From a virus, in IMG/VR virus record IMGVR_UViG_3300020029_000031, positions 1 to 5,134 of that record: DNA of 5,134 nt; one strand, written 5' to 3'. The notes beneath the pieces were generated by a model. That model ran no database searches, was not told the DNA's origin, and worked only from the letters and a program-made list of their open reading frames with translations. This document shows, piece by piece, positions 1 through 3,419 of this stretch (its first letter is position 1; every line of letters begins with the position of its first letter). The translations under genes and the position numbers were made by a program.

Positions 1-121
1 AGAACCCACCTGTCAAGCGCATCGTTGCCGTTCAAGATGAGCCTGAATTCTTGCTCGACGTAGGCTTCCGTTATACTACTGTGCGTCCTATGCCTATGTT
101 CGGTACGCCCGGCCTTGTCGA
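1..121. repeat. Left copy of the exact 121-nt terminal redundancy (circular-genome wrap-around)
   Basis: Compared base by base, it is identical to 5014..5134. It lies inside the VP1 reading frame, so it is a linearisation or assembly overlap, not a biological terminal repeat. Confidence 0.95.
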
Positions 122-131
122 TCACTTCTAG
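1..131 (+). CDS. VP1: Major capsid protein VP1, C-terminal fragment (wrap-around continuation of 3420..5134); codons start at position 3, stop TAG 129..131
   Basis: Translation from position 3 gives NPPVKRIVAVQDEPEFLLDVGFRYTTVRPMPMFGTPGLVDHF*. The PGL[IV]DHF ending is the characteristic C-terminus of gokushovirus VP1. The frame is continuous with the ORF that runs off the window at 5134. Confidence 0.9.
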   Translation, partial: NPPVKRIVAVQDEPEFLLDVGFRYTTVRPMPMFGTPGLVDHF

Positions 132-145
132 AAGGAGCTGGTTAT

Positions 146-874
146 ATGTCATGGCTCTCAAATACATTAGGTAGTGTTGCTGGTTCTGTTCTAGGCTCTG
201 CAGTCCAGAACCATTATAATTCCGCTAATGCCGCACAGGCTAACGCTTGGAATGTTGAAAATTATAAGCATCGTTATCAGTGGGCTGTCGATGATATGCG
301 TGCCGCTGGTCTCAATCCTATTCTTGCTGCGACTAATGGTATAGGCGGTTCTATAGCTGGAGCTTCAGCTGCTTCTGTCGGCATGAGTGATATCGGTTCT
401 ACCATGAACTCTGCTAGAGCCGCTAGTGCCGCTGAACGGCAGGCGAAGAATGCCGAGCATCTTGCTATATCGCAAATCGATAAAAACGTCGCAGAAGCCG
501 ATTCTACGCGTCAGGCGACTCATGGAACAGTACTCCAGAACGGTATTCTAGCGAATGATTTGAATCTTCGTGAGCAGACTTATGAAAAGCGTCTTGGTTA
601 TGAGCTTGAAAAGATGAATTTGGAGCTTGAAAACCTTCGTCTTCAGGGTTCTTACCTTAGCTCTGGTGCATTAAATAACATTGCTTCAGCTAATCGCGCT
701 AATTCTGCTGCCGCTTTTGATAACATCCAAACTGAAATGGCAGGTATGGAACGTGATTTCTATAAGAATCTTGAAAGTCTTACAGGCGCTCCTAGGTCTG
801 TCGCTAGTGGTGTTGGTTCTGGTATCAAAAATATTGTAGGCTTCCTCGGAGGTCGTTATTTTGGAAGGAGATAA
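146..874 (+). CDS. VP2: VP2 minor capsid / DNA pilot protein (242 aa)
   Basis: SD AAGGAG at 132..137 lies 8 nt before ATG 146. The protein has a Gly/Ser/Ala-rich N-terminus and the motif NYKHRYQWAVDDMRAAGLNPILA, which matches the conserved AGLNP[IV]L block of gokushovirus VP2. A long heptad-like helical segment (KNVAEAD...LEKMNLELENLRLQG) follows. It sits directly downstream of VP1, as is typical. Confidence 0.85.
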   Translation: MSWLSNTLGSVAGSVLGSAVQNHYNSANAAQANAWNVENYKHRYQWAVDDMRAAGLNPILAATNGIGGSIAGASAASVGMSDIGSTMNSARAASAAERQAKNAEHLAISQIDKNVAEADSTRQATHGTVLQNGILANDLNLREQTYEKRLGYELEKMNLELENLRLQGSYLSSGALNNIASANRANSAAAFDNIQTEMAGMERDFYKNLESLTGAPRSVASGVGSGIKNIVGFLGGRYFGRR

Positions 875-876
875 TT

Positions 877-1116
877 ATGTCGAACAAAACTACTATGATC
901 CTTACGTTCATCGTTACAGTCGTTGTCCCATTCATTCAGGAAGTTGTGGATCTAATTGAAGCTCTGAAAGGTAAAGCTTCTTCGAATACTGTTGTTGCCA
1001 AAAAAGTTGCTTCGGACTTTCAAGCCGATGTTGCTCAACTTGTTGAGCCGGTTTCTAATAAGAGCGATTCTAAGAAAACTAGCCGTTTTTTCGGTTCTTG
1101 GAGGGATGCTAAATGA
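877..1116 (+). CDS. Small membrane protein (79 aa) with an N-terminal transmembrane helix and a polar, basic C-terminus; function unknown
   Basis: SD GGAAGGAG at 863..870 lies 6 nt before ATG 877, which is 2 nt after the VP2 stop. Codon third positions are T-rich, like the other phage genes. The hydrophobic segment is TMILTFIVTVVVPFIQEVV. Its stop overlaps the next start in ATGA at 1113..1116. Confidence 0.7.
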   Translation: MSNKTTMILTFIVTVVVPFIQEVVDLIEALKGKASSNTVVAKKVASDFQADVAQLVEPVSNKSDSKKTSRFFGSWRDAK

Positions 1117-1223
1117 GACGTCGAAAATTATCTAGGCGTGGTTCTCGGCGTTTATTTCGGCGTACCTCCAGATCTCGTCGGAAAAATTTCAAAAGAGTAG
1201 GACGAGGTGGATTTAGGATTTGA
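1113..1223 (+). CDS. VP8: Arginine-rich small DNA-binding / packaging protein, VP8 (phiX174 J-like), 36 aa
   Basis: It is not in the ORF track because it is too short. SD GGAGGG at 1100..1105 lies 7 nt before ATG 1113. Translation is MRRRKLSRRGSRRLFRRTSRSRRKNFKRVGRGGFRI*, with 15 Arg plus 3 Lys in 36 residues and no acidic residues. It is translationally coupled to the upstream ORF by the ATGA overlap. Confidence 0.8.
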   Translation: MRRRKLSRRGSRRLFRRTSRSRRKNFKRVGRGGFRI

Positions 1224-1248
1224 CATTCTGACCTAATCCTGATACAAT
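1220..1248 (+). promoter_or_regulatory. P1: sigma70/sigmaA-type promoter upstream of VP4 (rep)
   Basis: The -35 is TTGACA (1220..1225), followed by a 17-nt spacer ending in the extended -10 TGA (1240..1242), then the -10 TACAAT (1243..1248). The -35 overlaps the VP8 stop codon. The predicted transcription start near A1255 falls right at the rep SD. Confidence 0.65.
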
Positions 1249-1265
1249 CGGTACAGGTGATCAAT

Positions 1266-2177
1266 ATGGTATGTTATAATCCTATTCTTATGCTCCCAGT
1301 CGAGGGAGCGATTACAAAAAACGGAAAACAACATTATAGTTTTTACGGCAGCCTTGCTTCGCATCCTGAGCTTGCTAACGATAGCCGTTTCATCCGGTGT
1401 TCGTGCAAACAATGTATCGGCTGTCGACTCGAAAATTCTCGTCAATGGGCTGTCAGAGCTGTTCACGAAGCCCGTACTTCGTCTTCAGCTTATTTCGTTA
1501 CGTGCACATTTGACGACTATCATTTGCCCAACGATAGAAGTTTGAGCAAAAAATTTCATCAGACTTTCATGAAAAATCTTCGTCGTGAGTATGGCAGTGG
1601 TATTCGCTTCCTCGGCTGTGGTGAATATGGTGAACTTTATGGCCGTCCCCATTATCATTATATATTGTTTAATATTGATTTCAGCGACAAAGTTTTTAGG
1701 TTCCGTACAGATGGTTATAACACTTATACTTCTGCTCGTTTCGCTAAGATATGGAAATACGGTATGCACCTTATTGGTGAGTTTAGTTTTGATTCTGCTG
1801 CCTACGTTGCCCGTTACATAGTGAAAAAGCAGACAGGTAGTAAAGCTGCTGATCATTATAAAGGCCGTACGCCTGAGTTTATGCTGGCATCCAATCGTCC
1901 CGGTATAGGCGGAAAATGGCTTGAAGAGCATGGTGAAGAGTGTTATGCTAATGATTTCGTCGTTATCAACGGTAAGAAGATGCGTCCTCCTCGTTATTAC
2001 GATAATAAATTCGATGAAACGCATCCTCACTGGATGGAATACATTCGTAATAACCGTATCGAGAAGATGCTGCATAACTTGGAGAACAATACTTATGAGC
2101 GTCTTGTTGACCGCTGTCGTGTTCAAGAAGGTAAATACAAGCATTTTCTCGGCAGAAAGCTTGACAAGGTGTTGTGA
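1266..2177 (+). CDS. VP4: VP4 replication initiation protein (HUH rolling-circle endonuclease), 303 aa from ATG 1266
   Basis: The N-terminus MVCYNPI and the CKQCIGCRLENSRQWAVR block are typical of Microviridae Rep. Motif I is FVTCTFD (1494..1514). The HUH motif is PHYHYILF, with HYH at 1650..1658. The catalytic motif is YVARYIVKK, with Tyr codons at 1803 and 1815. SD AGGTGA at 1255..1260 lies 5 nt before ATG 1266. The track start GTG 1257 lies inside that SD and is less likely. Confidence 0.92.
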   Translation: MVCYNPILMLPVEGAITKNGKQHYSFYGSLASHPELANDSRFIRCSCKQCIGCRLENSRQWAVRAVHEARTSSSAYFVTCTFDDYHLPNDRSLSKKFHQTFMKNLRREYGSGIRFLGCGEYGELYGRPHYHYILFNIDFSDKVFRFRTDGYNTYTSARFAKIWKYGMHLIGEFSFDSAAYVARYIVKKQTGSKAADHYKGRTPEFMLASNRPGIGGKWLEEHGEECYANDFVVINGKKMRPPRYYDNKFDETHPHWMEYIRNNRIEKMLHNLENNTYERLVDRCRVQEGKYKHFLGRKLDKVL

Positions 2178-2189
2178 CTGTGTTATTAT
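2161..2189 (+). promoter_or_regulatory. P2: sigma70/sigmaA-type promoter embedded in the 3' end of rep
   Basis: The -35 is TTGACA (2161..2166), followed by a 17-nt spacer ending in the extended -10 TGT (2181..2183), then the -10 TATTAT (2184..2189). The architecture is the same as P1. Confidence 0.6.
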
Positions 2190-2204
2190 TAAGTCAGAAA
2201 TGAG

Positions 2205-2447
2205 GTGATGCCTATTATTGAGTATGAAGCTGTTTATAATTTCTGTCGCGAACGCAATATTTCTTTCGATTATTCTTTTCGCGGAAGCAAATATGCCGCT
2301 TACCGATTGAAGCCTGATGATTCTAGAGTTATTCGCCTTGATGATGACTATTATGTCATATCAGCTACGTTATACCTCATGATTCGTAGGTATCTAGTCG
2401 CACTTAGAAAAGGAGATGGTTCTACTGAGACTCTATTGCATTTATGA
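2205..2447 (+). CDS. Hypothetical protein (79-80 aa), no family recognised
   Basis: The open frame fills the gap between rep and the VP5-like gene. Third codon positions are strongly T-rich, as in VP1 and VP2. The start is GTG 2205 or ATG 2208. The only SD-like element (GAGGTG, 2202..2207) abuts or overlaps the start, so initiation signals are atypical. Confidence 0.55.
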   Translation: MMPIIEYEAVYNFCRERNISFDYSFRGSKYAAYRLKPDDSRVIRLDDDYYVISATLYLMIRRYLVALRKGDGSTETLLHL

Positions 2448-2706
2448 TTCTAAGGCTGAACAATTCAGCCCTCCACAGGTCTACCACAATGATATGCTTG
2501 CTCTGCGAGCTTTCGAAGGTTTAGTTAATGATGATAAGACGCTTATTAATAGCTATCCTGAAGATTTCAGTCTTCATTATGTCGGTAACCTTGGCGATTC
2601 TGATGGCCGTTATTATATTGACAGTTCTGACGAATCCCGCGTTCCTATATTGGTTGGTCGCGCCATAGATTATGTGCAGGATATTGACAATGATCCTACT
2701 AGATGA
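2416..2706 (+). CDS. Small conserved Microviridae nonstructural protein, VP5-like (96 aa)
   Basis: IYDSKAEQFSPP...ALRAFEGLVND...YPEDFSLHYVGNLGDSDG matches, from memory, the IYD.KA..F..P / A.R.F / P.DF.L..[IV]G..D pattern of small proteins annotated VP5 or nonstructural in gokushoviruses. Third positions are T-rich. It overlaps the upstream ORF by 32 nt. AGGAG (2411..2415) directly abuts ATG 2416. Tandem stops TGA TAA lie at 2704..2709. Confidence 0.65.
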   Translation: MVLLRLYCIYDSKAEQFSPPQVYHNDMLALRAFEGLVNDDKTLINSYPEDFSLHYVGNLGDSDGRYYIDSSDESRVPILVGRAIDYVQDIDNDPTR

Positions 2707-2712
2707 TAATCT
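2684..2712 (+). promoter_or_regulatory. P3: candidate promoter for the late VP3-VP1-VP2 unit
   Basis: The -35 is TTGACA (2684..2689), followed by a 17-nt spacer ending in the extended -10 TGA (2704..2706), then the -10 TAATCT (2707..2712), which keeps the conserved T, A and final T. The architecture matches P1 and P2. The weaker -10 and the terminator just downstream lower confidence. Confidence 0.45.
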
Positions 2713-2734
2713 AATATAGAGCGTATCAGAAAAA

Positions 2735-2764
2735 GGACGATCTCACGGAGATCGCCCTTTTTTT
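2735..2764 (+). terminator. Rho-independent terminator-like hairpin followed by T7
   Basis: GGACGATCTC-ACG-GAGATCGCCC: a 7-bp perfect core CGATCTC/GAGATCG, plus GG/CC closing pairs across one A/C mismatch. It is followed immediately by TTTTTTT (2758..2764) and preceded by an A-run (2729..2734). Confidence 0.7.
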
Positions 2765-2812
2765 GTACGCCACGCCCGCCGCGTCTAGGCGCCTTAGAAA
2801 GGAGGTGAAACT

Positions 2813-3295
2813 ATGAAGTTTAGGACAGCTTACGATCCTGTCGAAGAACATGATCATTGCGGCATTGAGTTCACCATGCCCTCTCTCACGGTTCAGGACG
2901 AAAAGGATGAAACTGATATCAACTATATCGTCAATAAGTACGCAGATGGTCAGAAAGGTATAGCCACTCTGGATCTCGGTGATAGTTCGCAATATGCTTA
3001 TCTGCAGTTCGGAGATGCAACGCTCCCTGGCGACTACAGCACAGCGTTAGAGCTTGTGTCTGGAGTTCGTGAAGAATTTTACAGCCTGCCCGCTTATGTT
3101 CGGGCTAAATTCGGTCACGATCCCATGAATTTCATCAATCAATTGAATGATCCTGCAACTCTCGAATACCTTCATGAACAAGGTCTGTATGGTAATAATT
3201 ATACCTCTGATAAACCACAACAGTCCGCAAGTAATGAACAAACACAAGAAAAAAATAACACTTTAGAACAAAAAAATGAAGAAATGAAAAAATAG
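2813..3295 (+). CDS. VP3: VP3 internal scaffolding protein (160 aa)
   Basis: A near-perfect SD AAAGGAGGTGA (2798..2808) lies 4 nt before ATG 2813. The motifs PSLTVQDEKDETDINYIVNKY and YSTALELV...EFYSLPAYVRAKFGHDPMNFINQLNDP match the conserved blocks of the gokushovirus VP3 scaffold (Chlamydia-phage scaffold family). The C-terminal tail is Q/N/E/K-rich and low in complexity. Confidence 0.85.
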   Translation: MKFRTAYDPVEEHDHCGIEFTMPSLTVQDEKDETDINYIVNKYADGQKGIATLDLGDSSQYAYLQFGDATLPGDYSTALELVSGVREEFYSLPAYVRAKFGHDPMNFINQLNDPATLEYLHEQGLYGNNYTSDKPQQSASNEQTQEKNNTLEQKNEEMKK

Positions 3296-3344
3296 GCGTC
3301 ACCGAAGCCAGTTACTTACTTGATGTAACTGGCGTAGGTGACGC
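3296..3344 (+). other. Long imperfect hairpin (17 Watson-Crick bp in two perfect segments) immediately after the VP3 stop
   Basis: GCGTCACC (3296..3303) pairs with GGTGACGC (3337..3344). GCCAGTTAC (3307..3315) pairs with GTAACTGGC (3325..3333). A symmetric 3x3 internal loop GAA/GTA can form G.A, A-T and A.G pairs. The apical loop is 9 nt. It is followed by AAAAAT rather than a T-run, so it is not a canonical + strand terminator. Confidence 0.8.
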
Positions 3345-3350
3345 AAAAAT

Positions 3351-3396
3351 AACCTAAAACCTAATAATAATTCGCTTAAGGCTAATTATTAGGTTT
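3351..3396 (+). repeat. Iteron-like 7-mers (AACCTAA x2 tandem plus 1 inverted copy) forming an AT-rich 12-bp hairpin
   Basis: AACCTAA occurs at 3351..3357 and 3358..3364, with the inverted copy TTAGGTT at 3389..3395. AAACCTAATAAT (3357..3368) pairs with ATTATTAGGTTT (3385..3396) around a 16-nt loop that contains the palindrome CTTAAG. Confidence 0.75.
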
Positions 3397-3419
3397 ACAC
3401 TTCTAAAGAAGGTGAAAAA

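Noticed and set aside
1-121. The 121-nt direct terminal repeat considered as a biological DTR or LTR, or as attL/attR of an integrated element
   Set aside because: The repeat is internal to the VP1 coding frame, and joining the copies restores the intact gene. No host sequence flanks it. It is the signature of a circular contig written linearly.
1213-1240. The inverted repeat AGGATT / AATCCT and the tandem GGATTTA-GGATTTG after VP8, considered as a terminator
   Set aside because: The stem is 6 bp with a 15-nt loop and no T-run, and it coincides with the P1 spacer. It is too weak to call.
1257-1259. GTG 1257 (the ORF-track start) as the rep start
   Set aside because: It lies inside the AGGTGA SD and at the predicted transcription start of P1. 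ATG 1266 gives the family-typical N-terminus MVCYNP.
1585-1821. Very hydrophobic + strand ORFs overprinted on rep and VP1 (1354..1545, 1585..1821, 1921..2208, 3412..3612, 4366..4575), considered as phiX174 E-like overlapping lysis genes
   Set aside because: All five lie in the same +1 register relative to the host gene. In that register the T-rich third codon positions of the real gene become second positions, which automatically yields Leu, Ile, Val and Phe-rich pseudo-proteins. None has a convincing SD at proper spacing. Conservation of an open +1 frame in relatives, or ribosome-profiling signal, would reverse this.
1485-2144. A 219-aa ORF antisense to rep, together with the other minus-strand ORFs (1233..1466, 2726..2992, 3047..3247, 4344..4679)
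   Set aside because: Each lies entirely opposite a confidently identified + strand gene. None has an SD or promoter, and their translations are low-complexity with no recognisable motifs. Microviridae are transcribed from one strand only. Long antisense frames are an expected by-product of the biased codon usage.
2618-2651. A fourth exact TTGACA hexamer (2618..2623) considered as a promoter
   Set aside because: There is no TAnnnT hexamer or TGn element at 16-19 nt. The nearest, TATATT at 2646..2651, is 22 nt away. The hexamer lies in the middle of the VP5-like coding sequence.
2781-2794. The near-palindrome GCGTCTAGGCGC / GGCGCC in the GC-rich patch, considered as an operator or hairpin
   Set aside because: It has only 4-5 pairable bases and a 2-nt loop, so it is too small to fold. 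It is also too short and imperfect to call a protein-binding site. It is noted only as part of the GC-rich anomaly.
3351-3396. A dif-like XerC/XerD recombination site, as used by some lysogenic gokushoviruses, sought in the AT-rich palindrome and elsewhere
   Set aside because: The inverted arms are separated by 16 nt rather than 6-8 nt, and neither arm resembles the conserved XerD half-site TTATGTTAAAT. The best match I saw by eye (TTATGTCATAT, near 2349) is inside a coding region and has no XerC-like arm. My search was manual and not exhaustive.
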